A DNA stretch of 63,123 bases, filler included. It is 4 parts of 4 records of this genome, joined end to end, with 100 filler letters (N's around TTAATTAATTAA, not from the genome) between each part and the next. Parts side by side here need not be neighbours in the genome. Positions count along the whole stretch, not along the records: positions 30,059 to 57,581 come from SRR20825006_1294; positions 57,682 to 63,123 come from SRR20825006_1349; 2 more parts are not named here. One strand, written 5' to 3'. Below, one piece after another: positions 47,666-58,168 of the stretch. The first letter of the stretch is position 1. Each line of letters opens with the position of its first letter. The notes beneath the pieces were generated by a model. That model was not told where the DNA came from and made no database searches. It saw only the letters and a list, made by a program, of their open reading frames with translations. The position numbers were made by a program, and so were the translations under genes.

Positions 47666-50197
47666 TTAGGCGACCAAAAGTCCCGCCTCATGTGCTTTGA
47701 GGCATTTGCGTGCGGTGTCGCCATGGCCTGAGGGCAGGGCGCGCAGCTCTGGGAACAGGCCAAATAGCTCGTCGCGCGCTGCATCTGCCACGCCGGTGAG
47801 CGAGTAATCCGAGACGTGGAAACTTTCGGAGGGGGCGTCTTCGGCAAAGATCACCTCATGGGCGTCAAACATCAGGTGGTAATAGGTGACAATCCCGCCG
47901 ATACGGCGCCGGATCGTGCTGTCATTGATCAGGTGCTTGGCGGCAGCAAAGACCTCGGAGGCACCAAAATGCATCTCCGCCTGCCAGCCTTTCAGCAGCA
48001 TCCGGTGCTGGGGCGAGACGATCAGGGTGTCGGAATTGCCCAAAGCGCCTTTGGCAATCTCGATCGGGGCAAACCGGCCGACGGCGGGGACTTCGCGCGC
48101 GCCAATCCAGCGCAGCGGTTGCGGGCCATGATCGAGCGTCAATACCAGATCACCGAGCTTCAGGTCTTCGACCCGACGCGGGCCATAGGGTGTGGCCACG
48201 CGGGTGCCTTTGCCAAAGCAAATCACGGTTTCGATGTTGGAGAAATTGATGACTGTGCCATCGACCAATGTCAGGGAGCCACTTTCGGGATCGACCGCGT
48301 CGTAGACAATTGAGCCGTGCACGAAATTGGAGCCCAACTGAGACAGGTCCAACACATCGCCCGCACCACTGTCACCGGTTTCAGAGCCGACGATATTGAT
48401 CGCATTGCCGTCCAACTGCGACGGGTCGAGGATGATCGTGTCATTGCCCTCGCCGCCGGTGATCGTGTCGCCGCCACCGGCGTAGATCGTATCGTCGCCG
48501 TCGCCGCCATCAATCAGATCGGCCCCTGCGCCGCCAATGATCGTGTCATTGCCCGTGCCGCCATAAAGTTCGTCGTCACCGCCAGCGCCATCGAGGTAAT
48601 CATTGCCCGCACCACCATAAAAGACGTTGGTATAGCTGTTGGCACCGTCGGTGCTTTGGCCGTCGAAGCCGGTCAAAGTGTCGTCAAACTCCGACCCGAT
48701 GATGCCATCAATGCCGGAGCCAGTGTCGCCCGTCGCATCGCCGCCGGAGTAGGTGCCGGTTGCCAGATTGACGCTCACCCCCGCGCTTGAGGCGGAGTAA
48801 TCAACGGTGTCCTGACCGGAGCCACCACTCATACTGTCGCTGCCTGCGCCGCCGATGAATGTGTCATCGCCTGTGCCGCCGTCCATCGTGTCGTCGCCAG
48901 CGCCGCCGATCAGCATGTCATTGCCGTCTTCGCCAAAGAGCGCGTCATGGCCGTCACTGCCATCAAGGACATCATTGCCGGTGCCAGCGTAGACCGTGTC
49001 GTCGCCAAGACCCGCGTCAATCGTGTCATCGCCTGCGCCCGCGTCGATCACATCGTCATAATCGGCATAGATCGCATCAAAAGTGACGTCAGAAATATTG
49101 ACGCCCTGATATCCGGTGTCGGCATTGCCATAGGTGATGGTAAACGACGAGACAGGCCCTGAGATTTCGACCAAGATCGCGCCGTTTGCGTTTCCGGCGG
49201 TGATCCCGGTGGCATCTGCGGTGCCGGTGGCCGTGTCGCCCGAAACGGAGACGGCCCCTTCGGAGGTGATCGTGACCGCAACGGGATTGCCGTCGGCATC
49301 AACCGCCGTGATGGTGATCGTATCCGTGAAACTGTAAACGTCGAGATCACTGATCCGGAAAGAGACATTTTGCACCTCGTCGGCCATAGCCCCGGTCGCA
49401 GAGGAGAAATCGAAGGTCAGGCTGGAGGTGTCAGAGCCGCCGCCAGGACTGTTGTCGCCCAGCAAAAGCACCGAGCTGTCCCGGTCGAAATCGCTGTTTT
49501 CGGTGTAAAGGGTTTCATTTGATATGGTGGCAGACTGGCCCGGTCCCAGGTCGGTATAGCTGACATCAACTTGCACACCGTTGATGTCGGTCGACAGGCC
49601 ACCCGCAATCGAACTGCCGTCTGAGCCGAGGGTTTCCCAACTGAACGTGCTTTCAACCGCGATGCCCTGATCCACCATTTCACCTTGGGGGTCTTGGGTG
49701 GTGGTGCTGTTGATCGTGTCGTCGCCCGCGGTGCCTTCGATGATCCCATCGGTGTAATCGGCATAGCTGAACACCTGATCCGGGGTTGAATCCGTGGCAT
49801 CGGGCAGGGCGTCATAGGCGACGACCTGATAGGTATGTCCCGGAATCAGCGGCGATTCAGACAGGGTATATGTGCCTGCCGCCGCCCCATTTTCGACATC
49901 GAGGGAGGCGATTTGAAACACTTCGCCCGTGGTCATGTCCTTGACGGTCCAAACGGCTTCGGCGTCAATATTCGATCCGGTGGAGGTGTTCGCCCCTACG
50001 GTCACGGTGCCAGTTGTGCCGCTTTCCCCGGCATTGTCGTCGGTCAGCGCCGTTTGATTGACGCCTGTGCCCGTGTCGTTGATCAACGCCGAGCCTGCGG
50101 CCACGCTGGGGCCAGCATAGGTGAATGTCGATCCGGTCGAGGTCGACATAAAGCTCGTCGGGGTGATCGTATAAAAATTCAGGTCATAGACGGCCAT
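47666..50197 (-). CDS. RTX (Ca-binding) repeat protein with C-terminal Hint domain
   Basis: GGxGxD repeats; ICFGKGT...VSPQHR...YYHLMFDAHEVI..SES. Confidence 0.9.
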   Translation of the reverse strand: MAVYDLNFYTITPTSFMSTSTGSTFTYAGPSVAAGSALINDTGTGVNQTALTDDNAGESGTTGTVTVGANTSTGSNIDAEAVWTVKDMTTGEVFQIASLDVENGAAAGTYTLSESPLIPGHTYQVVAYDALPDATDSTPDQVFSYADYTDGIIEGTAGDDTINSTTTQDPQGEMVDQGIAVESTFSWETLGSDGSSIAGGLSTDINGVQVDVSYTDLGPGQSATISNETLYTENSDFDRDSSVLLLGDNSPGGGSDTSSLTFDFSSATGAMADEVQNVSFRISDLDVYSFTDTITITAVDADGNPVAVTITSEGAVSVSGDTATGTADATGITAGNANGAILVEISGPVSSFTITYGNADTGYQGVNISDVTFDAIYADYDDVIDAGAGDDTIDAGLGDDTVYAGTGNDVLDGSDGHDALFGEDGNDMLIGGAGDDTMDGGTGDDTFIGGAGSDSMSGGSGQDTVDYSASSAGVSVNLATGTYSGGDATGDTGSGIDGIIGSEFDDTLTGFDGQSTDGANSYTNVFYGGAGNDYLDGAGGDDELYGGTGNDTIIGGAGADLIDGGDGDDTIYAGGGDTITGGEGNDTIILDPSQLDGNAINIVGSETGDSGAGDVLDLSQLGSNFVHGSIVYDAVDPESGSLTLVDGTVINFSNIETVICFGKGTRVATPYGPRRVEDLKLGDLVLTLDHGPQPLRWIGAREVPAVGRFAPIEIAKGALGNSDTLIVSPQHRMLLKGWQAEMHFGASEVFAAAKHLINDSTIRRRIGGIVTYYHLMFDAHEVIFAEDAPSESFHVSDYSLTGVADAARDELFGLFPELRALPSGHGDTARKCLKAHEAGLLVA

Positions 50198-50531
50198 GGG
50201 AGTCCACTGGGTACGAGGTCAAAATCCAACGCCCGCAGAGAGCATGCGTTTCAGCAAGCCTTTGCGGATCTTGGTTAATGCTCTGACGCTGGTTTGAGGC
50301 GGGATTGGGGCAGGTTTGAGCAATTCATGTGAAATTTGGAGGCTTATTCAGGGGGGGCGGCGGAGTTTGCCGTCACAGGCATTTGGTCCCACCCCATAAT
50401 CTCACGCCATTCGGCGGCAATAAAATCAAATTTTAGCAAGGTTGTCGGCGCGGATTCACCTTTTATCAGCACTGGTTTTGTAACGTTAATCCCGCTGTGC
50501 TGGGCCCTAATGCGGCCTTTTTGGGGGGAAG

Positions 50532-52367
50532 ATGTCGACCTACACTCTTCGGGGATATGCTCTAAGTGATTTTTATTCGTCCACGGGCTCTGCAACGGTT
50601 GCTCCGGGCGATGTCATCCAACTTGCGCCCACTTGGGACGCGGCCACTGATTATCTTCAGGTCAACGTCACCGATGATGAGGGTCTCTTTCACGGTGACG
50701 CCAATTTTGATGAGGTTGGCAGTGACAGCAACCAATTGGGGACCATTAAAGATTCGTCTGGCAATACCTTAGTCAGCGGTCGGATTTACCTCGAAGACCG
50801 CATCACCCTCTCCGATGGCGAGGGCAATATTGTCTATGTCTATGTGGTCGAAATTGGCGGCGGTGAGCAAGCGATCCTCACCAACCCACCCATCGTTCCC
50901 GGCGTCACCTATTCGGTCTCCGCCGTGGACAACGTCGATACCAGTTTGGGAACCGTCCCCAATTACAGTGATTTTTCCTGGTCGCCCTATGATGCCGCAA
51001 CTGGCCAGACCTATGAGGGGGGGGCCTTTTCCGATCAGATCGAAGCGGGGGGCGGGAATGACACCGTCTACTCCGGCGGCGGCGCCGATACCGTCTATGG
51101 TGGCGATGGCAACGATACGATTTACTACGGAACGGGCGGCGCGACCCAGTCGGACGGCGACACGGTGTATGGCGGCAAAGGCGATGATCTCATTGATGAC
51201 GTCGGCGGCTCGGAATACGTTTACGATGACACGCTCTATGGCGGAGGCGGCAACGACACCCTCTACGGCGGCGGCGGTCATGATGAGATTTATGGCGGCA
51301 CGGGGGACGACTTTATCGCCGGTGAAACGGGTCATGACGAGCTTTATGGCGGCGATGGCGTCGATATTATTTATGGTGGTGAAGGCTATGACATCATCGA
51401 CGGTGGCGCCGGGAATGACACGCTCTCGGGCGGGTCTGAGGAGGATGTGTTCGTTCTTCAGGACGGCTCAGGTTTTGATGCCATTACTGATTTTGACATG
51501 GGGGATGATGATCTAAACGGCGTCACCAATGATCAGTTTGATGTCTCCGCCTTGACCGACACCAATGGCAATCCGGTCAATGCATGGGATGTGGTGGTCG
51601 GCGATGATGGGGCCGGTGGCGCGGTTTTGACCTTTCCGAATGGCGAAAGCGTCACGCTTTGGGGCGTCGCGCCCTCACAGGTCGATACCGCGCCGGAACT
51701 CTATTCCATCGGCATTCCCTGTTATGTCTCGGGCACCCGGATCATGACCCCTTCGGGTGAAGTGCCTGTCGAAAATTTGCGTGCGGGGGATCTGGTAGCG
51801 ACGCTTGGGGCCGGACCGCAGCCGGTGTTGTGGCATGGCAAGCGCTGCCTGGAGCGTGATATTTTGGCCGAACATCCCGAGCTTTTGCCGGTGCTGATCC
51901 GCGACGGCACAGTTGGCAATCGCGGCGATCTTTTGGTTTCGCCGCAACATGGGATTTATGTGCCTGACCCCCGGTTCAGCCCGGATGCGGGCGCGCACCG
52001 GGTTTTTGCACGTGCCAAACATCTGTTGTCGACACAGGCGGGGGTGCGCGTGGCGCGTGGCAAACGGGAGGTGTGCTATCACCACCTATTGCTGCCGCGT
52101 CATGCGGTGATCGTCGCAAATGGGGCCCTGTCGGAAAGCCTTTATCCCGGGCGCTTTGCGTTGTCGGGGTTTGACCGCGTGGCAAGGGCCGAACTTTTCG
52201 GTCTTTTCCCCGCGCTCGAAGCGATCTTGCGTGTGCCATGTGCCGGTTTTGATCCCGTCAAGGCCGAGCTTGTGACAACACAGATATACGGTCCGCCCGC
52301 GTATCCCTATCTGACCGGGGCGCGTTGCGCCATTATGGCAAGATCGCCAGCCAACACCAGATGGTGA
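50532..52367 (+). CDS. RTX repeat protein with C-terminal Hint domain
   Basis: YGGxGxD repeats; PCYVSGTRI...VSPQH...YHHLLLPRHAVIVANGALSES. Confidence 0.9.
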   Translation: MSTYTLRGYALSDFYSSTGSATVAPGDVIQLAPTWDAATDYLQVNVTDDEGLFHGDANFDEVGSDSNQLGTIKDSSGNTLVSGRIYLEDRITLSDGEGNIVYVYVVEIGGGEQAILTNPPIVPGVTYSVSAVDNVDTSLGTVPNYSDFSWSPYDAATGQTYEGGAFSDQIEAGGGNDTVYSGGGADTVYGGDGNDTIYYGTGGATQSDGDTVYGGKGDDLIDDVGGSEYVYDDTLYGGGGNDTLYGGGGHDEIYGGTGDDFIAGETGHDELYGGDGVDIIYGGEGYDIIDGGAGNDTLSGGSEEDVFVLQDGSGFDAITDFDMGDDDLNGVTNDQFDVSALTDTNGNPVNAWDVVVGDDGAGGAVLTFPNGESVTLWGVAPSQVDTAPELYSIGIPCYVSGTRIMTPSGEVPVENLRAGDLVATLGAGPQPVLWHGKRCLERDILAEHPELLPVLIRDGTVGNRGDLLVSPQHGIYVPDPRFSPDAGAHRVFARAKHLLSTQAGVRVARGKREVCYHHLLLPRHAVIVANGALSESLYPGRFALSGFDRVARAELFGLFPALEAILRVPCAGFDPVKAELVTTQIYGPPAYPYLTGARCAIMARSPANTRW

Positions 52368-53271
52368 TGATCGACAGCGCTGTGGCAATCAACACCGACG
52401 AGGCGGCCACCCGTTTCGCAACCCCGTACATATTGGCGAACAGATAGGCATTGACGCCGGGTGCCATGGCGGCGGTGATCGTGGCGGACCGCAGAGGCGG
52501 GGTCGCAAGACCAAAGCCAAAATGCGCCAAGCCATAGGTGACGGCCGGGTGCAGGACGAGTGAGGCGAACACCGCCCAAGCGATGACGCGCATGTCGCCT
52601 TCGGGCCGATAGCGCAGCAACACACCGCCCAACCCGAACAGCGCAGCCGGGATCGCCGCTTTGTTCATCATAAACACCGCGTCCCAGATCGGTTGCGGCA
52701 AGCGGATGTCGCCAACATTGACGATCCATCCGGCCAAAATGCCCAAAACCAAGGGATTGCGCAGGATCGCAGTGCCGATTTGCCGGATCAATCGCATCGC
52801 CGAAAGACCCTGTCCCGCCGTGCGTGCCAGCTCCATCGCGGTGATGCCAATGGCATAGAGCAGCGGCGCATGGATCGAAATGATCGCGAAATTCCAACTC
52901 AGCGCATCGGCCCCATATGCGCGCTCGGTGATCGGAATGCCAAGCAGGAGCGAATTGGAAAACAACCCGATAAAGCCGATGGCGACACTGTCGGTCAGAT
53001 CGCGTTTGAACAGGTAGCGCGCGCCCAAAAAGCCAAAAATCCCGCCCGAAAACGCCCCTGCGTAAAAGGAGATCAGGATTGGTGGGTGAAAATTATGCGC
53101 CAAATCAATCCGGGCAATGCCGGCGAACAACAGCGTCGGCACGGCAAAGTTTTGAGCGAATTTCATCACCCCGTCGATGGTCGCATCCGCCACCCACCGC
53201 CGCCACGCCGCCACATAGCCAAAGCCAATGACGATGAACACCGGCAAGATGACGTCGATCAGTGCTTGCAT
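52333..53271 (-). CDS. AEC (auxin efflux carrier) family transporter
   Basis: ILPVFIVIGFGY, SNSLLLGIP, AMAPGVNAYLFA. Confidence 0.88.
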   Translation of the reverse strand: MQALIDVILPVFIVIGFGYVAAWRRWVADATIDGVMKFAQNFAVPTLLFAGIARIDLAHNFHPPILISFYAGAFSGGIFGFLGARYLFKRDLTDSVAIGFIGLFSNSLLLGIPITERAYGADALSWNFAIISIHAPLLYAIGITAMELARTAGQGLSAMRLIRQIGTAILRNPLVLGILAGWIVNVGDIRLPQPIWDAVFMMNKAAIPAALFGLGGVLLRYRPEGDMRVIAWAVFASLVLHPAVTYGLAHFGFGLATPPLRSATITAAMAPGVNAYLFANMYGVAKRVAASSVLIATALSIITIWCWLAILP

Positions 53272-53272
53272 G

Positions 53273-54073
53273 TCAGATCGCGCCCGTGATGGGCAAGACC
53301 ATGCCATCATGGGCCGGGGTGATATGATCGGCGGTCTCGGCGTCGACCGTATCGTGATCAATGTCGACATGCATATTGGTCAACACGGAACGGCGGGGGG
53401 CAAGGCGGTCGATCCAGTCCAATGTGAGCGCCAAATGGGCATGGGACGGATGTGGTTTATAGCGCAGCGCGTCGATCACAAAGGTATCAAGCCCGTTGAG
53501 CAGGGGCCAACTTGCCTCATGGATCGTGAGCACATCTGGGATATAGGCCAGATCGCCGATGCGAAAGCCAAGGGCGTCGATCTGACCGTGATTGACCGGG
53601 ATCGGTGTAAAGGTGATCGGCCCGCCGGGACCGTCGATGGTCACCGGGCCGCGAATGGCATGAAGGTCCAAAATCGGCGGATAATTCGAGTCCTCGGGCT
53701 GCACAAAGGCATAGCCAAAGCGTGAGATCAGATCGTTTTCCGTCTCACTGTCGGCCCAGACTTTGACCCGCTCGCGCATGTTGAACACGATCTGGCGCAG
53801 GTCATCGAGACCATGGACGTGATCGGCATGGGGATGGGTGTAAATCACCCCATCGAGCCGCGCTGTGCCCGCCATCAACAACTGTTCGCGCATATCGGGC
53901 GAAGTGTCGATCAACACGGTGGTGGTGCCGCCGGGGCCATCGCGCTCGACCAAGGCGGAACAGCGCATCCGGCGGTTTTTGGGGTTGTTCGGATCGCAAT
54001 CGCCCCAAATCCCGCCAATGCGCGGCACACCGCCCGAAGAGCCACAGCCTAAAATGGTAAAACGGGCGCTCAT
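53273..54073 (-). CDS. MBL-fold metallo-hydrolase (PhnP-like)
   Basis: LGCGSSGGVP, THPHADHVHGLDDLR. Confidence 0.9.
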   Translation of the reverse strand: MSARFTILGCGSSGGVPRIGGIWGDCDPNNPKNRRMRCSALVERDGPGGTTTVLIDTSPDMREQLLMAGTARLDGVIYTHPHADHVHGLDDLRQIVFNMRERVKVWADSETENDLISRFGYAFVQPEDSNYPPILDLHAIRGPVTIDGPGGPITFTPIPVNHGQIDALGFRIGDLAYIPDVLTIHEASWPLLNGLDTFVIDALRYKPHPSHAHLALTLDWIDRLAPRRSVLTNMHVDIDHDTVDAETADHITPAHDGMVLPITGAI

Positions 54074-54876
54074 TTCGGACCCTCGGGGAGCACGGCCTTG
54101 GTGAACAGGCGGTCGAAATTGGCCTCGGTGAGGGCGGCAAACGCGGCGTAGTCCATGCCAAAGGTCTCGGCGGCGATGGCGGCGGTTTTGGCGGTGTAGG
54201 CCGGTTCATTGCGCCGTCCGCGATGCGGCGGCGGGGCCAGATAGGGGCTGTCGGTTTCGACCAGAATGCGGTCTTTTGGCACGTCACGGAAAATGTCGCG
54301 GAGCTCGCCGGATTTCGGAAACGCCGTGATCCCCGACATCGACAGGTAACAGTTCAACGCAAGCGCCGCCTCCGCCAAGGCACGCGAGGAGGAAAAACAA
54401 TGCATGACGCAGGGATAAGCGCCGATCTTGTATTCTTCGGTCAACAGTTGCGCCATGTCCTCATCCGCGCCACGGGCATGGATGATCAGCGGCAATTGGG
54501 TCTGGCGCGCCGCCTCGATATGCAGGCGCAGACTGTGCTTTTGCACCTCGGCGCTTTCGGCGGTGTAATGATAATCCAGACCTGTTTCGCCAATGGCGAC
54601 AAATTTCGGGTGCTGCGCCAGTGCCACCAAGTCCTCAACCGTCACCATCGGTTCCTCGGCCACGGACATCGGATGGGTGCCCGCCGCCCAAAACACCGGC
54701 GCATAGGCCTCGGAGATGGCTTTGACTTGGTCGACGTTTTTCAGCTTGGTGCAGATCGTCACCATCCGGTGCACGCCTGCGTCCATCGCGCGGGCGATCA
54801 CCGCGGGCAATTCCTCGGCAAAGTCAGGGAAATCAATGTGGCAATGGCTGTCAGTGATGAGGGGAGGCGTGGTCAT
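54070..54876 (-). CDS. tatD: TatD family nuclease
   Basis: DSHCH, GETGLDY, IIHAR, HCFS, ETDSPYLAP. Confidence 0.92.
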   Translation of the reverse strand: MTTPPLITDSHCHIDFPDFAEELPAVIARAMDAGVHRMVTICTKLKNVDQVKAISEAYAPVFWAAGTHPMSVAEEPMVTVEDLVALAQHPKFVAIGETGLDYHYTAESAEVQKHSLRLHIEAARQTQLPLIIHARGADEDMAQLLTEEYKIGAYPCVMHCFSSSRALAEAALALNCYLSMSGITAFPKSGELRDIFRDVPKDRILVETDSPYLAPPPHRGRRNEPAYTAKTAAIAAETFGMDYAAFAALTEANFDRLFTKAVLPEGPK

Positions 54877-54919
54877 GGGGCTGCTCTAAATCTGTCTGGC
54901 CGCACCCTGCGCAACCGCC

Positions 54920-56086
54920 TTATCCAGCGATCCGGGTGGCCGTGTCATTGATCTTAAATACCATATCTAGGATCAAGGCGGCGGGGTCAAGGTTGACGGC
55001 CCTGGCATGGGCGGCGCGGGCCGAAAGCTCTTGCTGCAAGACCGCCCAATCGCGGGCAGCAAAGCCATCGGGGGCCAAGCGACGCATCACATCGGCCTCA
55101 CCGGGGGCGGCCTCGACAATCGGCGGACGTCCGGCTCCGGTGCGGGCCAGACGGGTCAAAAACCGATCCATCAACCCAAGGGTCAATTCGTAACGGTCCA
55201 CATTGGCCGGACCGACACAGGCCTCGGCCAATTTCAACGCCCGGCCCCGATCCAACTGGGGCAGGGTGGCAAACAGCGCCACCACATCGCGATAGGCGGC
55301 CAATCCGTCCAAATTCGTCAAGCGCAGCGCCTCCCCAACTGATCCGGCTGACAGTTCAGCCAATGCGTCTGACTGCTCTGCGCCGTCAAAGCCCGCCGCG
55401 TCAAGAGCGCGGGCCAAATCATCAGGCACAAGCGGGCCAAGACGCAATTCGCGACAACGCGAGCGGATGGTCGGCAAAAGCCGGGTCGGTTGATGCGAAA
55501 TCAGCAAAAGCGTGGAATGTTTCGGCGGCTCTTCCAAGGTCTTGAGCAGGGCGTTGGCGGCGGAGACGTTCATCTCATCGGCGCTGTCGACAATCACCAC
55601 GCGGCGCCCGCCGTCGGCGGCCGACATTTGGAAAAACCCATTGAGCTTACGGACTTCATCGACGGAAATCCCGGCGCCGAATTTGTTTTTCTTCTCATCC
55701 CAGGTGCGCCGGATCAGGCACAGACGCGGTTCAGCCAATTGTGCCGAGCGGCGATAGATCGGGTTGTCATGGCCGATGTCGAGATGGGTGGGGACAGGCG
55801 GGGCCTCGCCAAAAAGACCCGCCCCCTCTCCGGTATGCCCGTCTTGGCCCTCAACCGGTTGAGACAGCAAAAACCGGGCAATGCGCCATGCGAGCGTGGC
55901 CTTGCCGACGCCGCGCGGGCCGGTGATCAGCCAGGCGTGATGCAGGCGATGCGAGGTGAAAGCCTCAAGGAAAGCGGCCTCGGCATGGGCTTGACCAAAC
56001 AGCGTCGTGGTTTTGCGCGGATGCGGCGCTCCGGGGGCGCAATCGGCCTCGGGCAGTTCTTCGATCTCGCCAACGGGGGCTCTCAT
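54920..56086 (-). CDS. holB: DNA polymerase III subunit delta'
   Basis: HAWLITGPRGVGKAT, AANALLKTLEEPP, LLPTIRSRC; follows tmk. Confidence 0.93.
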   Translation of the reverse strand: MRAPVGEIEELPEADCAPGAPHPRKTTTLFGQAHAEAAFLEAFTSHRLHHAWLITGPRGVGKATLAWRIARFLLSQPVEGQDGHTGEGAGLFGEAPPVPTHLDIGHDNPIYRRSAQLAEPRLCLIRRTWDEKKNKFGAGISVDEVRKLNGFFQMSAADGGRRVVIVDSADEMNVSAANALLKTLEEPPKHSTLLLISHQPTRLLPTIRSRCRELRLGPLVPDDLARALDAAGFDGAEQSDALAELSAGSVGEALRLTNLDGLAAYRDVVALFATLPQLDRGRALKLAEACVGPANVDRYELTLGLMDRFLTRLARTGAGRPPIVEAAPGEADVMRRLAPDGFAARDWAVLQQELSARAAHARAVNLDPAALILDMVFKINDTATRIAG

Positions 56087-56718
56087 GGCTGGGCCTGTTG
56101 TGGCGTGCCTGCGCTCAGGCGGGTGGTGACCAGATCGGCCACCTCGCGCGCCACCACGTCAATGTCGCGTCCGGCGTCAATCACGGTGAAGCGTGGGTAG
56201 GTCTGCGCCAGTGCCAAAAACGCGGCGCGGCATTTTTCCTGAAAATCCTGACCGAAATCTTCAAACCGCTCTTCGACGGTTTGGCGGCCCTTGGCACGGG
56301 CCAATCCAAGGGCGGGGTCCATATCAAACAACAGGGTCATGTCCGGTTCGATCCCGATCATCTCGTCATGCAAACGGTTGACCTTGGCCTGAAGATCGCC
56401 ACGGGTGACGCCTTGGAACACGCGGGTGGAATCGGCGAAGCGATCACAGATCACCACCTGTCCGGCGTTCAGCGCGGGGAGGATGGTTTTTTCCATGTGA
56501 TCGCGGCGCGCCGCGGTGAAGAGCAAAATTTCGGTCTCCGCCGACCAACGATCCGGGTCGCCTTCGAGCACCAGCGCGCGGATTTCTTCGGCACCTTTGG
56601 AGCCGCCCGGTTCGCGGGTGTGGATCACGTCAAAGCCCGCCGCGCGCAGAGTCTCGGCCAAAAGCCGGGCTTGGGTGGACTTGCCGGACCCGTCGATGCC
56701 CTCGAAACTGATGAACAT
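56083..56718 (-). CDS. tmk: Thymidylate kinase
   Basis: FEGIDGSGKSTQ, TREPGG, CDRF. Confidence 0.96.
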   Translation of the reverse strand: MFISFEGIDGSGKSTQARLLAETLRAAGFDVIHTREPGGSKGAEEIRALVLEGDPDRWSAETEILLFTAARRDHMEKTILPALNAGQVVICDRFADSTRVFQGVTRGDLQAKVNRLHDEMIGIEPDMTLLFDMDPALGLARAKGRQTVEERFEDFGQDFQEKCRAAFLALAQTYPRFTVIDAGRDIDVVAREVADLVTTRLSAGTPQQAQP

Positions 56719-56743
56719 GGCGCTCCTGTCGGTGTTGGTTCGT

Positions 56744-57581
56744 CTATTCGGACACGGCCAATCCCGTTTGTCCCTCCAACTTGTCCTTAAGCACCACGAA
56801 GGCGGTGCGCAAGCGCGGGACCAACCCGCCGCGCGCGATGGAGCGGTCTGCGATCAAGGGAATGCGCGCTTCGGGCAGGTCCTGGCGTGCGATCACCAGC
56901 TCGGCCAAAACATCGCCTTGGGTGATCGGGGCCTCAAATGGGCCAGTGTAGACCACCTTTGCGCTGCCGTCCTCAAGTTGGGAGCCGGGCAGGAGCACCG
57001 AAATATCTTCGCCCGCGACCAAACCGACCTCGGTGTCATCACCCATCCAGACCTGCGCCTTGGCAAATTCATGGCCCTTTTCGGCAATGGGTTTTTCGGC
57101 GAATTGGCGAAAGGCCCAGTTGACGACACGCTCAGATTCCTGCGCCCGATCCGCCATCGAGTCGAGCCCCGAGAGCACAAACACCACCCGGCGTGTACCT
57201 TGCGTGGCCGAGCCGACCAGACCATATCCGGCCTCCTCGGTGTGGCCGGTTTTCAGCCCGTCTGCACCAATGCCAAGTTTCAACAGCGGGTTGCGGTTGT
57301 GTCGGTTTTGCGGCGCGCGGTTGTCATAGGGGAATTCCAACTGACCAAAATAGCCGTAATATTCCGGAAATTCGGTGATCAAGCGGATCGCCAGCGTACC
57401 CAGATCCTGCATTGACATCCGTTGATTTGGGTTGGGCCAGCCGGAGGCATTGGCAAAGGTCGAATTGTTCATGCCAAGCGCCTTGGCGCGGTCATTCATC
57501 AGGCGGGCGAAATTGTCCTCGGTACCGCCAAGCCCCTCTGCCACCACGACACAGGCGTCGTTGCCCGACAGCACGATGATG
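56744..57581 (-). CDS. dacA: D-alanyl-D-alanine carboxypeptidase (5'-truncated)
   Basis: SGN and KTG motifs, PBP5 C-domain; upstream of tmk. Confidence 0.88.
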
Positions 57582-57681
57582 NNNNNNNNNNNNNNNNNNN
57601 NNNNNNNNNNNNNNNNNNNNNNNNNTTAATTAATTAANNNNNNNNNNNNNNNNNNNNNNNNNNNNNNNNNNNNNNNNNNNN
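57582..57681. other. Artificial contig spacer
   Basis: N run with TTAATTAATTAA. Confidence 0.98.
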
Positions 57682-57682
57682 C

Positions 57683-58168
57683 TATCTGCCGCAACATGGT
57701 GTGATGTTCAAGGGAACGATCCTTGAAAACATCACATCCTTCCGCAAGGAAATCGGCACGGATCGTGTTGTGGAAATTTCACGGCGTCTGGGGCTTGATG
57801 AAATCGTCATGCGCATGCCCGACGGTTACGATACCGAAGTGGGCGGGCAGGCATCCGAAACCCTGCCGCGCGGCGTAAAGCAGCGTATCGCGATTGCGCG
57901 TGCCCTGATCGACTATCCGCGCATCGTGCTGTTTGACGAAGCCAACAGTTCGCTTGATATCGCGGGTGACAACATTCTTGCCGGTCTTCTGATTGAACTT
58001 CGCAAACATTGTACGCTGGTGATGGTATCGCACCGACCGTCACTGATCGCCCTTGCCGACAGACAATATCGCCTGATGGAAAAACGTCTGGTGCCGGTCC
58101 TGCGGCGCAGCGGCACCCAGCCGGTGATCGAGGCAGAAGAAGTCGCACGCGCAGGAGGCCGGTCATGA
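57683..58168 (+). CDS. Type I secretion ABC transporter, C-terminal fragment
   Basis: YLPQ Q-loop, LPRGVKQRIAIARA, VLFDEA, SHR. Confidence 0.85.
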   Translation, partial: YLPQHGVMFKGTILENITSFRKEIGTDRVVEISRRLGLDEIVMRMPDGYDTEVGGQASETLPRGVKQRIAIARALIDYPRIVLFDEANSSLDIAGDNILAGLLIELRKHCTLVMVSHRPSLIALADRQYRLMEKRLVPVLRRSGTQPVIEAEEVARAGGRS

